Positions 41,561 to 52,869 are shown, counted from the first letter of the stretch. The stretch is DNA of 64,000 nucleotides from an uncultured Eubacteriales bacterium (GCA_949031345.1 CARNVA010000002.1:44532-108531), one strand, 5' to 3'. Translations and numbers: made by a program. Notes: a model not told the origin generated them from the letters alone.

Positions 41561-43656
41561 TGTTCGCTCCTGTAAACGCTTGTCACATTTTTCAAGTTTT
41601 TAATAGAGTTTATCACTTTGTTAAGCTCTTCTTTATTTTTTACATCAACCGCCAAATTACATAAGAAATTATCACCCACATCCTTTGCTTCAAAGCCTTT
41701 AATTGCAATTTTGAGACCTGTAATAAGGTTTGTAAGTCTGCCAATGTTGTTGTCAGATTTGATGGCAACAACTTTAATATTTGCTGTAAATGTCGCATCT
41801 TCTTTATTTTGCCATTGTGCATCAATCAAGCGGTCATTTTCAAGATATGCAAGGTTTGGACAATTGCATCTATGAATTGTCACCCCTCTTCCTCGAGAAA
41901 TATAACCTATAATATCATCCCCCTCAATAGGACTGCAGCAGCGTGCAAATCTTACAAGCATTCCACTGTCTCCATCGACAAGCACTCCATCTTTATTTCG
42001 TTTAAGATGCACCACACTATCAAGTTTTGGAAGAGTTTTTACTTCGTTGTTGTAAAGCGTAACCAACCTGCTTAAAAGACTTGCCGCAGAAAGCGAGCCA
42101 GAGCCAATTGCAGCATACAACTCTTCAATTGTCTCCATGTTATATTTTTTAAGCGTTTCAGCCAAATTCTTTTCAGTCAAAAGTTGAGAAGAATTAAATC
42201 CACGATCTTGCATTGCTTGGTTGAACATAGATTTTCCAAGCTTAATGTTTTCGTCTTTTAATTCATTCTTGAAAAAGGCTTTAATCTTGCTTCTCGCACT
42301 TGCCGTTTTGATTACTTTAAGCCAATCTCTTGAAGGCCCTTTTGAATGCTGATTGGTAATAATTTCAACAATGTCACCATTTCGAAGTGCCGTCGTGAAA
42401 GGTTTTAGTTGACCATTTATCTTTGCACCAACGCATTTATTTCCGATATCAGAGTGAATAGCATAAGCAAAATCTATAACAGTCGAGCCCTGAGGAAACT
42501 CCATAACTCTGCCTTTTGGAGTTTGAACAACAAGTATCCCCTCATACAAGTCACTTTTAAGAGTTTCAATAAAGTCTTCATTTGACATATTTTGTGCATT
42601 ATCAATTGTTTGCCTAAACCATGTCATACGCTTGTCAAAGGCATCTTGCTTGCTCTTCTTTTCTTTGTAAAGCCAATGCGAATAAACACCATATTCAGAC
42701 TCTCTGTTCATTTCAACCGTTCTTATTTGCACCTCAAGCGGATGTTGATTTTCTACAATTATGGTTGCGTGAAGAGATTGATATCCATTTGGCTTTGGAT
42801 TGGCGATATAGTCTTTTACACGACCTAACATTGGCTTGTAAATGCCATGGATTTTTCCAAGCACGGCATAACATTCTTCAACAGAGTTTACAATAACCCT
42901 CATTGCAAGTATGTCATAAATTTGACTTAATTCAAGATTTTTATTATGAAGCTTGTTAAAAATAGAAGAAATATGCTTAATTCGGCTCATTATTTGACCG
43001 TCTATTTTAAGCTCATCAAGTATTGCTTGAAGTTTGCCTTTTGTAAGCTCAAGCTGTTTTCTGTTTTCTTCCTCTTCACTTTCAATTGTCAATTTAAGTC
43101 TGGCATATTCTTCAGGATATTCCAGTCTTACGACATTGTCATAAAGCATTTGCTTTAATGAGTCAAGCCCTAAACGCTCTGAAAGTGGCACATGCATATC
43201 TCGCACCTGTTTGACAAACTGCTTTTCAGATTCAGAAAGCGGATTATTGAGCACTGAAATATCATAATAAATGCCAAAAAGCTTTATAATTACCACTCGC
43301 AAATCTTTGCTCATTACAAGAAAAAGGCGTTTAATATCTTCTATTTCTTCACTTGGCGTAAGTTGATTTATGTCTTTAATTTTTTTAAATTCGTTTATCA
43401 TTTCACGCTCTTCTTCACCCAACTTTTGAGCAAGATTGTCAGCTTCTTCGGGGTAAAACTTATAAAATTGATAATTCAAAAAGGCAAGCATTGACGCTTT
43501 GTCAAGTTTTGTCTTGATAATAAGTTGACTTATATTAAAAATTCTAGAATGATTGATGTCATGCTTTAAAATTTCTTTTAAAAGCATCAATTCTTCATTA
43601 TTAAACTGATAAGCATTATTAAGCAGGTTTAATGTCTGCTCTTCCAAATTTTCCAT
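41554..43656 (-). CDS. relA: RelA/SpoT homolog: (p)ppGpp synthetase with degenerate hydrolase domain
   Basis: Synthetase motifs are intact (YDILAMRVIV, PNGYQSLHATI, EVQIRTVEMN, GVYSHWLYKE), as are TGS and ACT. The N-terminal HD signature is absent. ATG 43656 has an AAGGAGAGG RBS and overlaps recJ by 38 nt. Confidence 0.88.
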   Translation of the reverse strand: MENLEEQTLNLLNNAYQFNNEELMLLKEILKHDINHSRIFNISQLIIKTKLDKASMLAFLNYQFYKFYPEEADNLAQKLGEEEREMINEFKKIKDINQLTPSEEIEDIKRLFLVMSKDLRVVIIKLFGIYYDISVLNNPLSESEKQFVKQVRDMHVPLSERLGLDSLKQMLYDNVVRLEYPEEYARLKLTIESEEEENRKQLELTKGKLQAILDELKIDGQIMSRIKHISSIFNKLHNKNLELSQIYDILAMRVIVNSVEECYAVLGKIHGIYKPMLGRVKDYIANPKPNGYQSLHATIIVENQHPLEVQIRTVEMNRESEYGVYSHWLYKEKKSKQDAFDKRMTWFRQTIDNAQNMSNEDFIETLKSDLYEGILVVQTPKGRVMEFPQGSTVIDFAYAIHSDIGNKCVGAKINGQLKPFTTALRNGDIVEIITNQHSKGPSRDWLKVIKTASARSKIKAFFKNELKDENIKLGKSMFNQAMQDRGFNSSQLLTEKNLAETLKKYNMETIEELYAAIGSGSLSAASLLSRLVTLYNNEVKTLPKLDSVVHLKRNKDGVLVDGDSGMLVRFARCCSPIEGDDIIGYISRGRGVTIHRCNCPNLAYLENDRLIDAQWQNKEDATFTANIKVVAIKSDNNIGRLTNLITGLKIAIKGFEAKDVGDNFLCNLAVDVKNKEELNKVINSIKNLKNVTSVYRSEQW

Positions 43657-46018
43657 TTTTTGCCTCTCCTTTTAGAGTCTCTTTTAACAGAATTATATTA
43701 TTGTAAATTTTTGATTGATTAAGCTCTACCTTAATGCTGGAATTGATTTTTATAAGGTTGTTTTTTTCTTCATCAATAGAAAGTATTCCAAGCTCGTTAA
43801 ACACCATAAGAGCCGCATAGAAGGTGAAAAAGGAAACTTGTTCTGTAATTTTTGTCGAATCATATAAATTAAACAAATTTGTCACTGTTTTTCCATTAAA
43901 TTTCAAAAGCTCTTTATAAACCTTTCCAAAGCAGTTTCTTGAAACATCAAGTCCTGCAAATTTTCGTGGATCCCCCTCTTTTTCAATTGGGACAAAAACC
44001 TCTGCATCTGTCACCTTATTGAGTGCAGCCAAAAATTTTTCATCAACCACAGGTGAAAGAAAAACTATTCTAGAGAAATTTTTTGCCCACGCGATCCCTT
44101 TGGGCGCAAGTAAAACTGTGTTATAACCAATAAGCCTATTGTCATAAATACCAAAATGATATATGCTTTGAGTATTGTAATTTTTACAAAACTCCACATA
44201 TTCAAAGCATGAATATGTGACAAAGCATGTTCCAAAAACAGAATTTGTCGTTGCACCTACAAAATTTAAAAGCTCGGTTTTTGGATACATCGTATATTTT
44301 GCCTCAGCATTGCTTTCATAAGCAAATTGATTCATTTCAATGGCGTTAAGCTTTTTATAAGCATTTTCAACAATAAAACTTCCACCATCAAATTCAACCA
44401 CTGTTCCATTTGTGGAATTAGTCTCAAGTTCAAATATAAAAGATTTTTGTCTTGAAAAATTTATCTTAATTAAATTGTCAAGATAATTGAAATAAACAAG
44501 CTTTAAATTGCCGATCTTGATATTTGCATGTTGTGACGCCCTCTTCATAGGGGTAAGCTCCATTTCTTGTGTGGTGATTTTAAATCTTGGACGAGGATTT
44601 GAACAACCTACAGGCTCTAAAATAGCAAGCTCCTTAATAAACTCATTTGTAATTTCACCAGCTTCAACCTCTTGATCATAATATTCAATTGGCATAAATA
44701 CAGAGTCATTGATTTTAGTAAGTGCAAAAGAATTTATCTTTTGTGAAAAAAGTTTGTAATTTTCAAGTTTAAGCGTCAAGCCTGCCGCCATAGAGTGACC
44801 GCCAAAAGTCACCAAAATGTCTTTCAAAGATGACAAAAGCTCATGAATATTTATATCATCAATGCTTCTTCCAGAGCCGCATAAAAGCTCACCTTCTTGC
44901 ACAAACAAAAACACAGGTTTATGATATTTTTCAACTAGTCTTGAGCATACAATTCCCAGCACACCTTTATCCCAATGCTTTGAGGCAAGCGTGATAACTC
45001 GTTGATTTTTCATATCCACCTTTTTCAAAGCTTTTTCGCAATCATCAAAAATTCGATTGCAAATATCCTGTCTTTTTAAATTGTGTTTTTTGATTTTATC
45101 AAGATACTTCTTAATCGTCACAGGGTCTTTCTCAAGATATATCTTCAAAGAATCACTTGCATCACCCATTCTGCCAGAAGCGTTAAGTTTTGGCCCAATT
45201 TTAAATGAAATGCTTGTCGAATTCGGATTTTTCAAATTCAATCCATACTCTTTAAACATCATTTTAAGTCCTATTGGAAGATATTTTTCACAAAGTTTAA
45301 AACCTTTTGAAACAATCGTTCTGTTTTCGCCTTTAAGCGGAACAATATCAACTATAGTAGCAATGCTTGCAATTGGAAGATAAGCTTCAGCCTTTACTTT
45401 TCCAAGAAGTGCCTCCGCAAACTTATAAGCAACCCCCGTTCCACAAAGCTCTTTAAAAGGATATTCCTGGCCTTCTTGTTTTGCATTTACAACAATAGTA
45501 TCTGGCAAAATTTCAGGGATTTCATGGTGATCAGTGACAACAATTTCAATTCCCTTTGTCTTTGCATACTCAACCTCATTTGCACAAGATACACCACAAT
45601 CCACTGTAATAATTAAATTGGGTTGAAAAAGGTCATAGACCTTGTCTATCACTGCATTTGTAAGACCATAACCATCTAAATATCGATTTGGAAGATAATA
45701 ATCTGCTTTTATTCCAAATTCAGCCAGTGCGCCAAGCATAATAGCTGTCGCACTTACTCCATCAACATCATAATCGCCAAAGATAACAACTTTATCTTTA
45801 AGTTCTTTTGCAAGTTTTACTCTATCTACCAAACCTTGCATTCCTTTAAGTAAGAATGGGTCATGCAAAACTTTTGGATTTAAGTATTCTTCAAATTCTT
45901 CCTCACTGCTTATTCCTCTTGAAAGAATAAGGTCACAAATACGAGGTGATAGATTAAACTTTTCTGCAAAATAGTGAACTTTATCGGCGTTGACATTAAA
46001 AAATTTTTTAAAAATCAT
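43619..46018 (-). CDS. recJ: single-stranded-DNA-specific exonuclease RecJ
   Basis: DHH motifs (GDYDVDGVSA, TVDCG, VVTDHH) and DHHA1 (GGHSMAAG). Confidence 0.93.
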   Translation of the reverse strand: MIFKKFFNVNADKVHYFAEKFNLSPRICDLILSRGISSEEEFEEYLNPKVLHDPFLLKGMQGLVDRVKLAKELKDKVVIFGDYDVDGVSATAIMLGALAEFGIKADYYLPNRYLDGYGLTNAVIDKVYDLFQPNLIITVDCGVSCANEVEYAKTKGIEIVVTDHHEIPEILPDTIVVNAKQEGQEYPFKELCGTGVAYKFAEALLGKVKAEAYLPIASIATIVDIVPLKGENRTIVSKGFKLCEKYLPIGLKMMFKEYGLNLKNPNSTSISFKIGPKLNASGRMGDASDSLKIYLEKDPVTIKKYLDKIKKHNLKRQDICNRIFDDCEKALKKVDMKNQRVITLASKHWDKGVLGIVCSRLVEKYHKPVFLFVQEGELLCGSGRSIDDINIHELLSSLKDILVTFGGHSMAAGLTLKLENYKLFSQKINSFALTKINDSVFMPIEYYDQEVEAGEITNEFIKELAILEPVGCSNPRPRFKITTQEMELTPMKRASQHANIKIGNLKLVYFNYLDNLIKINFSRQKSFIFELETNSTNGTVVEFDGGSFIVENAYKKLNAIEMNQFAYESNAEAKYTMYPKTELLNFVGATTNSVFGTCFVTYSCFEYVEFCKNYNTQSIYHFGIYDNRLIGYNTVLLAPKGIAWAKNFSRIVFLSPVVDEKFLAALNKVTDAEVFVPIEKEGDPRKFAGLDVSRNCFGKVYKELLKFNGKTVTNLFNLYDSTKITEQVSFFTFYAALMVFNELGILSIDEEKNNLIKINSSIKVELNQSKIYNNIILLKETLKGEAKNGKFGRADIKPA

Positions 46019-46188
46019 TTAAGCGCCTACCTCAAGTCGACAATCTCAATTTAGCATTGTCAACATAAAACTTATAATATAATTATAATTATCTTATTTC
46101 TTTTAAGCAAGCAAATTTGACAGGAAACTGAAAATAAAATCAAAAGCGATAAAGGAAGCAAGTTTTATTACATAAAAAAATTTGTTAT

Positions 46189-46213
46189 AAAAAAGCCAAC
46201 CTTCAGGTTGGTC
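46189..46213 (-). terminator. intrinsic terminator after the zinc-ribbon gene
   Basis: Stem CCAACC/GGTTGG (loop TTCA/TGAA) followed by T6 on the minus strand. Confidence 0.7.
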
Positions 46214-46218
46214 TTATT

Positions 46219-46923
46219 TTAATTTTGATTTTTATATACAATGCGTCTGCAATGTTCACATGTAATTATCCCATCTTCATTGAGTTTTGTAAGGTTTGCA
46301 AATGGAAGCTCCATGTGGCATCCCCCACAAGAATTTCCATTCAATGGCACAAGTACAGGAAAAACATTTTCGCCTCTGCGTTTTCTGTAAGCTTCCATTA
46401 TCTTTGTTTCAATCGACTTAGAAAGCTCATCAAGCTTTGCTGCAAGCTCTTGTTTTTGCGTTTCCACTGCTTTGACATCTTCATCATAAGCTTGTTTTTT
46501 CTTTGCAAATTCTTCTTTTGCACTATTAAAAGATTTAATAGTTTTATTAAAGTCTGCAAGAATAGCATTCATATTTTCAGCAAGCGCCGTTAAGTTTTTC
46601 TCCAAGATAACCAAGTTTTGATTAAGTTTGTCTTTTAAAGCTTTCAATTTTTCTACATCTGCTTTAGGCATATTTTCCAAATCTTTCGACATAAATTCTT
46701 GCATTTTATCTTCTTGAATTTTAACCTGACCTTTAACCTTTTCAATTTCTTTCAAAAGTTTTCCGGCATTTTCTTCAAGTTTTACAGAACGAGCTTGTGC
46801 ATTTTTCATATTTTCATGAAGTTCGTTTGCAGCCTTCTTATTTTGATTATCTCTCAGCCCTTTTTCTATTTTAAACATCTCTCTATCGAGAGCTTGATAT
46901 TTTAAAATCATATCAACCTTCAT
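46219..46923 (-). CDS. coiled-coil protein with C-terminal C4 zinc ribbon (COG1579-like)
   Basis: Long heptad-rich region, then CGGCHMELP..CEHCRRIVY. Confidence 0.75.
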   Translation of the reverse strand: MKVDMILKYQALDREMFKIEKGLRDNQNKKAANELHENMKNAQARSVKLEENAGKLLKEIEKVKGQVKIQEDKMQEFMSKDLENMPKADVEKLKALKDKLNQNLVILEKNLTALAENMNAILADFNKTIKSFNSAKEEFAKKKQAYDEDVKAVETQKQELAAKLDELSKSIETKIMEAYRKRRGENVFPVLVPLNGNSCGGCHMELPFANLTKLNEDGIITCEHCRRIVYKNQN

Positions 46924-46966
46924 AATTTTCTCCTTTCATTTCTTAATAATTCGCATTAAACTTCAA

Positions 46967-48022
46967 TTAAATGAAATCTACAAGCTTTTTGCTTCTGTTT
47001 GGATGCTTTAATTTTCTAAGCGCCTTAGCTTCTATCTGACGAATACGCTCTCTAGTAACACTAAATTCACGACCAACCTCTTCCAAAGTCTTGCTCTTTC
47101 CGTCAATAAGCCCATATCTCTCACGAATAACTTGTTGTTCTCTTGGTGTAAGTGTATCAATAACTGACAGAAGTTGTTCATGCAACAATTTTTGCGTAGC
47201 AATTTCCATTGGACTTTTTGCAGATTCATCTTCAATAAAGTCGCTCATCTTGCTGTCTTCCTCTTCACCAATTGGTGTTTCAAGAGAAATTGGGTCGAGT
47301 GCACTTTTTTTAATCTCAACAACCTTAGCTTCGCTTATTCCCATAGCTTCAGCAACTTCTTCCATGGTCGGTTCTCTTGAAAGTTGTTGAGTAAGCTGTC
47401 TTACAGTCCTTGAATATCTATTGATAGTTTCTACCATGTGCACAGGAAGTCTTATTGTCCTTGATTGGTCAGCAATGGCACGAGTTATGGCCTGTTTTAT
47501 CCACCATGTAGCATAAGTTGAAAAACGGAAACCTTTTGTATAATCAAATTTTTCAACAGCTCTTAAAAGCCCCATGTTTCCCTCTTGAATTAAATCAAGA
47601 AAAGAAAGTGAATTTGTGCTTGCCCAGCGTTTTGCAATTGAAACTACAAGTCTAAGGTTTGCTTGACACAATCTTGCCTTAGCCTCAGCATTTCCATCCA
47701 AAATCTTCTTTGCAAGCTCAACCTCTTCTTCAGCTGTAAGAAGTGGCACCTTCCCAATATCTTTTAGATACATTTTTACAGGGTCGTCGACTGACATAAA
47801 TCCAGTAAACTCAAGCTCTTCATTTTCAATTTCGCTTTCTTCTGTTGATTTCAAAATTTTAATAGAATGACTTTCAATTTTTTTTATAAATTTTTGAATT
47901 TCAAGCGCAGAAAGGTCATATTTTAAAAGCCTAAAATAGACTTCTTCTTCATTGATAGATCCCTTCTTAGCCGCAACATCAAAAATCTTTTTCATCTCTA
48001 AGTCAACTTTATTATCTGACAT
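46967..48022 (-). CDS. sigA: RNA polymerase primary sigma factor
   Basis: Regions 1.2-4.2 are present ([62 protein letters not shown]). ATG 48022 has a GGAGG RBS. Confidence 0.95.
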   Translation of the reverse strand: MSDNKVDLEMKKIFDVAAKKGSINEEEVYFRLLKYDLSALEIQKFIKKIESHSIKILKSTEESEIENEELEFTGFMSVDDPVKMYLKDIGKVPLLTAEEEVELAKKILDGNAEAKARLCQANLRLVVSIAKRWASTNSLSFLDLIQEGNMGLLRAVEKFDYTKGFRFSTYATWWIKQAITRAIADQSRTIRLPVHMVETINRYSRTVRQLTQQLSREPTMEEVAEAMGISEAKVVEIKKSALDPISLETPIGEEEDSKMSDFIEDESAKSPMEIATQKLLHEQLLSVIDTLTPREQQVIRERYGLIDGKSKTLEEVGREFSVTRERIRQIEAKALRKLKHPNRSKKLVDFI

Positions 48023-49811
48023 AAAATTCCTCCAATTTTTTCTCACGCAATGCCTTATTCAAGGCGTTTAATTTTTCAGCAATCTTCTTCCGTTCTTCCT
48101 TATCAGAAGATGCTTTAAATGCTTCTGTAAGCTCTGTTTGTTTTTTCACAAGCTCACCACTTGCAATAAGCCAAACACATTCATCAAAATATCGTTTATC
48201 TGCATTTTCATATTCACCAAAATCAATTCCCAAACAATCTTTCAAAAGCGGAATTTCTTCCACATCAAAATAATCATAATATGACGAAACAGGAATGCCT
48301 TTTAATGCATATTCAATTATCTCTGCCTGTCGAGGCAAAAGCTTTTTATAATCTATGTTTTTGTTTACAAACGGCTTCTTAAATATAAGCGAGCCCACAA
48401 TAAACCTTATAGCCCTAATATTCCCATTTTCTCGTGCAGTTAAAACACTTTCAGCCACTTTTTCTGGTATTTTTTTTATTGTTGGCTTTTTAAGTTTTTC
48501 AAGGTCTCTTCGCAGCACATCAATAGGTATTGTTGTCAAATCTCGAAGCTTCTCAAGATATACCTCTTCTTCGCTGTTTGAGTTTAGTTTGCTTATGATT
48601 TCAATAGCGCTTTTTGCAAATTTTCCCTTTTCATCAGCATGTTGAAGATTATATTTTTTAAGCTCTGTCGCTATCATAAAATCGGTTGTAGGTTGAGCAT
48701 TATCAATAAGCATTTTCAAGGCTTCTGCCCCCTGCTGCCTCAAAATTTCATCAGGGTCATGCTTGTCCGGTATAGAAGCAACGGTCACATTGAAACCTTC
48801 TTCTTTTAAAATATCAATGCTTCTTAATGTAGCTTTTATTCCCGCCTCATCACCATCAAAACATAATACAACATTATTTGAAAGTTTCTTAAGCTCTTTT
48901 GCATTTTCTTTCGTGAGCGCCGTTCCCATGCAGGCAACAGTTGATTTAAAACCAGCCCTATGCATTGCCATAACATCAATTTGACCTTCAACAATAATAA
49001 TTCTGTCAAGACCACTTTTTTGCTTCAAAGCTTTGACAAGGTTTATTCCAAAAACAACTCTGCCCTTCTGAAATACAATGGTCTCTGCTGTATTTTTATA
49101 TTTCGCGTAATCAGTCTTTTCAAGCACTCTGGCACTGAAACCAACACACTCATTGAAGGAGTTGAAAATTGGAAATACAAGCCTATCTGCCATTACATCA
49201 TAATAATGATCTCCCTTTGCCTGATTTTCACTGTTTTCTTTTTTTTGCGCAACTCCAGCATCAAGCATTTCCTTATATGTAAATCCCTGCCTTCTTAAAA
49301 ATTCTATAAGCTCGCTCCAACCAAGCGAATATCCAATTTTAAAGTCTTCCAGCTCATGTCGCGTAAATCCACGCTGTTTGAGATATTCTTGAGCTTTCTT
49401 TGCCTGAGGAAGAAAGAGATTTTCTTGATAATGTTTGTAAGTCACATCTAAAAGTTTTAAGACCCTTTCTTTAAGCTGTTTTCGTTCTTTCACTTCAGCA
49501 TCTCCAGTAAACTGAGGTACCTCCATATTTGCATTCTTAGCAAGCAATTCAACAGCTTCTGAGAAATCGCAAGACTCGTATTTCTGAACAAAAGAAATCA
49601 CGTCTCCGCTTTCTTTGCATCCAAAGCAATAAAAGAAGCCTTCATCTTCACTAACAGTAAAAGACGGAGTTTTTTCATTGTGAAATGGACAACAAGCCCA
49701 ATATTTCCCGCCTTTTTTTTCAAGATGAACATATTTCCCAATAATAGATACAATATTATTCTTTTGTTTTAATTCATATAAAAAATCTGTTTGATAACCT
49801 TTATTTTGCAC
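48012..49811 (-). CDS. dnaG: DNA primase
   Basis: Zinc finger [16 protein letters not shown] and TOPRIM ([16 protein letters not shown]). GTG start. Confidence 0.94.
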   Translation of the reverse strand: MQNKGYQTDFLYELKQKNNIVSIIGKYVHLEKKGGKYWACCPFHNEKTPSFTVSEDEGFFYCFGCKESGDVISFVQKYESCDFSEAVELLAKNANMEVPQFTGDAEVKERKQLKERVLKLLDVTYKHYQENLFLPQAKKAQEYLKQRGFTRHELEDFKIGYSLGWSELIEFLRRQGFTYKEMLDAGVAQKKENSENQAKGDHYYDVMADRLVFPIFNSFNECVGFSARVLEKTDYAKYKNTAETIVFQKGRVVFGINLVKALKQKSGLDRIIIVEGQIDVMAMHRAGFKSTVACMGTALTKENAKELKKLSNNVVLCFDGDEAGIKATLRSIDILKEEGFNVTVASIPDKHDPDEILRQQGAEALKMLIDNAQPTTDFMIATELKKYNLQHADEKGKFAKSAIEIISKLNSNSEEEVYLEKLRDLTTIPIDVLRRDLEKLKKPTIKKIPEKVAESVLTARENGNIRAIRFIVGSLIFKKPFVNKNIDYKKLLPRQAEIIEYALKGIPVSSYYDYFDVEEIPLLKDCLGIDFGEYENADKRYFDECVWLIASGELVKKQTELTEAFKASSDKEERKKIAEKLNALNKALREKKLEEFYVR

Positions 49812-50000
49812 CTAAAAATATCCCTTGTAAATAATATACTATAAAAAATCAAAAATTCCTTTTTATTATTTAAAAATAATTAAAAATGTTTTTTAAAGGA
49901 CAAAATCAAACAAATTTTTAAAATAATTAAACTTTAAACCTTATACGCTTTTAATGACTTTGATTAAATAAAACAAAGAGAAATACTCGCTTTTTAATTA

Positions 50001-50717
50001 TCAGATTAAATTTCCATGAAAATATATTTCTGGCACCTTGCCTACAATTACACTTTCGCACAACATTACCTCAAGCTCAGTTTTAAAATTTTGAGTTTTT
50101 GCTGGCAAAATCATGCCTATACCCGCATTTACAACAAAATATAATTGATGAAGTGTTTGATTTATTCCAGCAGAAATAAAGCGTGAGTTGATTTTTGTAT
50201 TCACTGTTCCAATTGGTACTAGATTGATCGAAACATTTGAGCCAATTCCATACAAAAAAGGTATGCCAGTAAATGTACCCAATGATATTTCAATTTTTTC
50301 ATTGTTTATTTTATTAAACTTATCTTGCACACCTTTAGTAATTTTCCTAACCAAAATATTCATTTCGATTGTGTTTATCTCAATTAAGTCAACTGTGTTG
50401 CTATCAGAATACTTTACAATCGCTAAATCACTGTATGAAACACCTTCTTCAAGCAAAGTATCCCCGACAACTTCGCTTATTGCTGAAGTCGCAATGGAAC
50501 GAACTCGCTCTTCACTTAAACTTGCAATGATAGGACAAACAACTTTGTAATAATAAAAAATAAAAACTCCTATTAACGCAAGAAACACAAAAATGGCCAC
50601 CCTAAATTTCCTTTTGGCTGACCACTTAACTTTTGTTCTATTTTGCTTAACACAATTCACACAATAGATATATGCTTTAAGATTAAAAAAATTGACAAAA
50701 TCAATATATTGTGTCAT
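50001..50717 (-). CDS. yunB: sporulation protein YunB
   Basis: N-terminal TM. SEERVRSIATSAISEVV, ISLGTFTGIPFLYGIG and GINQTLHQL align with B. subtilis YunB as I recall it. Start is uncertain. Confidence 0.75.
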   Translation of the reverse strand: MTQYIDFVNFFNLKAYIYCVNCVKQNRTKVKWSAKRKFRVAIFVFLALIGVFIFYYYKVVCPIIASLSEERVRSIATSAISEVVGDTLLEEGVSYSDLAIVKYSDSNTVDLIEINTIEMNILVRKITKGVQDKFNKINNEKIEISLGTFTGIPFLYGIGSNVSINLVPIGTVNTKINSRFISAGINQTLHQLYFVVNAGIGMILPAKTQNFKTELEVMLCESVIVGKVPEIYFHGNLI

Positions 50718-50756
50718 ATATGCAAGACATAATACAATATTTTAAGCTATTATGCG

Positions 50757-51113
50757 CTAATTTTTTGTTTTTGATTTGAATATCAATGCAAAAATAAATG
50801 CAAATATTACAGCAGCTGCAATACCTCCTGCCGTAGCTTCAAGACCTCCAGTAAATGCACCAATCAGTCCTTTTGCTTTAACAGCGCCTATCGCCCCCTT
50901 TGCCAGCGAGGCACCAAAACCAATAATTGGTACATTTATACCTGCCCTTGCAAACACTGAAATAGGCTGAAAAATTCCAAAAGCTTCAAGCGCAACACCA
51001 ATCAATACAAAAGTGACTAATATTCGAGCAGAGGTTATATTCGTATAAATAATAAGCATTTGACCAAGCATACAAATAAATCCGCCTATTAAAAACACCC
51101 ATAAATAATACAT
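50757..51113 (-). CDS. spoVAE: stage V sporulation protein AE (SpoVAEB-type)
   Basis: 118-aa polytopic membrane protein in the position after spoVAD. Confidence 0.85.
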   Translation of the reverse strand: MYYLWVFLIGGFICMLGQMLIIYTNITSARILVTFVLIGVALEAFGIFQPISVFARAGINVPIIGFGASLAKGAIGAVKAKGLIGAFTGGLEATAGGIAAAVIFAFIFALIFKSKTKN

Positions 51114-52403
51114 TTATTCATCCCCCTCCACTTTATTTTTGCCAAGCTTAGAATTTCTCTTTTTAGGCACAACATTCGCCTTTAATTGTGCGTTATCATC
51201 ATCTTCATTCTCAGCCAAAATGTCAGCTTTTATTTTATTTGATTTTGACTTATTATAAACTTCATTTCCTTCTGAATATGTCAAATTTGCCGCAAATGCA
51301 TCAGCTTTATTTTCCACTTCATCATCTTCTTTTGCTTCATTATTTTTATTTTGTTGACCGCCAAAAACTTTTACACTTTTATATTTTTTTGGCTTTTCTT
51401 CGTTTATATCATTCTCAATTACTATAGCATGACAAACGCCAGGAATTGTCTCTCCTTGCTGAGCTGCAGTTGTTGACATTAAAGCACCCGTTGGCATGAA
51501 TAATACCTTTCTAAGTTCCCCTTTTCTGAGTTTGCTTATTATAAATGAATTTAACACAGTTGCACTGCAACCACACCCGCTTCCACCAGACAGTGTATTC
51601 TGATTTCTCGTAAAATACATTTGACCACAATCATTATAATTAAGTCCAAGTTTTATGCCGTTATGCTCCATAAGGTCAATTAAGATTTCACTACCAAGCT
51701 TTCCGAGATCGCCTGTAACAATCAAATCATAATCATCAGGAGTTGTTCCCGCATCTCTAAAGTGAGCAAGCATAGTATTCATAGCCGATGGAGCCATTGC
51801 CGCCCCCATATCATTAACATCATTGACGCCATAATCAATTACCTTCCCAAAGGTAGCCATAGAAATTCTAGGTCCTTTTCCTGTCGATGATAAAACAGTC
51901 GCACCCGCACCCGTAACTGTCCATTGCGATGTTGGAGGACGCTGATTTCCAAGCTCCAGTGGAAATCTAAATTGACGCTCCGCTGTTGAAAAGTGCGAGC
52001 CCGTGGTACAAACAATCTTTTGAAAATGTCCAGAATCTATAAAAGAAGCACCTATAGCCAAGCTTTCAGCCATCGTAGAACAAGCTCCAAACAAACCCAA
52101 AAATGAAACATCAAAGTTTCTTGCGGCATAAGAAGATGAAATAATTTGATTTAAAAGGTCACCAGACAAAATCAGTTGAATATCTTTTGGTTTAAGCTTT
52201 GCATCTTCAATTGCGCCTACAATTGCACTTTCAAGCATCTTTTTTTCAGCTTTTTCGTATGAATCTTCACCAAAAGAATCATCTTTCATAACATAATTAA
52301 AGTAAGGACCAAAATTCCCTTTACCTTCTTTTGGTCCCACAATAGAATAACTGCCAATAATAACAGGTTTCTTTTTAAATACAACCGTTTGACTTTTTCC
52401 CAT
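51114..52403 (-). CDS. spoVAD: stage V sporulation protein AD with an unusual roughly 95-aa charged C-terminal extension
   Basis: Thiolase-like fold (GACSTMAESL, GGSGCGCSA) through about aa 335, then a K/E/N/D-rich tail. Confidence 0.88.
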   Translation of the reverse strand: MGKSQTVVFKKKPVIIGSYSIVGPKEGKGNFGPYFNYVMKDDSFGEDSYEKAEKKMLESAIVGAIEDAKLKPKDIQLILSGDLLNQIISSSYAARNFDVSFLGLFGACSTMAESLAIGASFIDSGHFQKIVCTTGSHFSTAERQFRFPLELGNQRPPTSQWTVTGAGATVLSSTGKGPRISMATFGKVIDYGVNDVNDMGAAMAPSAMNTMLAHFRDAGTTPDDYDLIVTGDLGKLGSEILIDLMEHNGIKLGLNYNDCGQMYFTRNQNTLSGGSGCGCSATVLNSFIISKLRKGELRKVLFMPTGALMSTTAAQQGETIPGVCHAIVIENDINEEKPKKYKSVKVFGGQQNKNNEAKEDDEVENKADAFAANLTYSEGNEVYNKSKSNKIKADILAENEDDDNAQLKANVVPKKRNSKLGKNKVEGDE

Positions 52404-52422
52404 ATCATCCTCACTCTAAATT

Positions 52423-52869
52423 CTATATAAACAAATAGATTAAGCCAACCAATATACTTGACACAACCCCAACAACAATTACAGGACCAGCAATGGTAAA
52501 CATCTTCACGCAGATTCCATATATAATTCCTTCATGCTTAAATTCAAGAGCTGGCGAAGTAATCGAGTTTGAAAAACCAGTGATCGGCACAATCGAGCCT
52601 CCACCTGCAAATTTGCCAATCTTGTCATAAACACCAATTCCAGTCAAAAATGATGCAATAAAAATAAGCACGATAAGCGTGTATGCCCATGCCGTTTGTT
52701 CTGCCATATTTGGAAACCATAACAAAATTAAATCGTTTATCCCTTGACCTATACAGCAAATTATTCCACCAACTAAAAAAGAATTGAATAGGCTTGGCCA
52801 AGCCCTAGTTTTTGGTATTTTAGCTTTTACATATTTATTATAAGCTTCATTTCGTTTCTTATCATCCAT
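52423..52869 (-). CDS. spoVAC: stage V sporulation protein AC
   Basis: 148 aa from ATG 52869 (AGGAGAG RBS). Four TM helices; FLVGGIICCIGQ and PITGFSN. Confidence 0.88.
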   Translation of the reverse strand: MDDKKRNEAYNKYVKAKIPKTRAWPSLFNSFLVGGIICCIGQGINDLILLWFPNMAEQTAWAYTLIVLIFIASFLTGIGVYDKIGKFAGGGSIVPITGFSNSITSPALEFKHEGIIYGICVKMFTIAGPVIVVGVVSSILVGLIYLFI

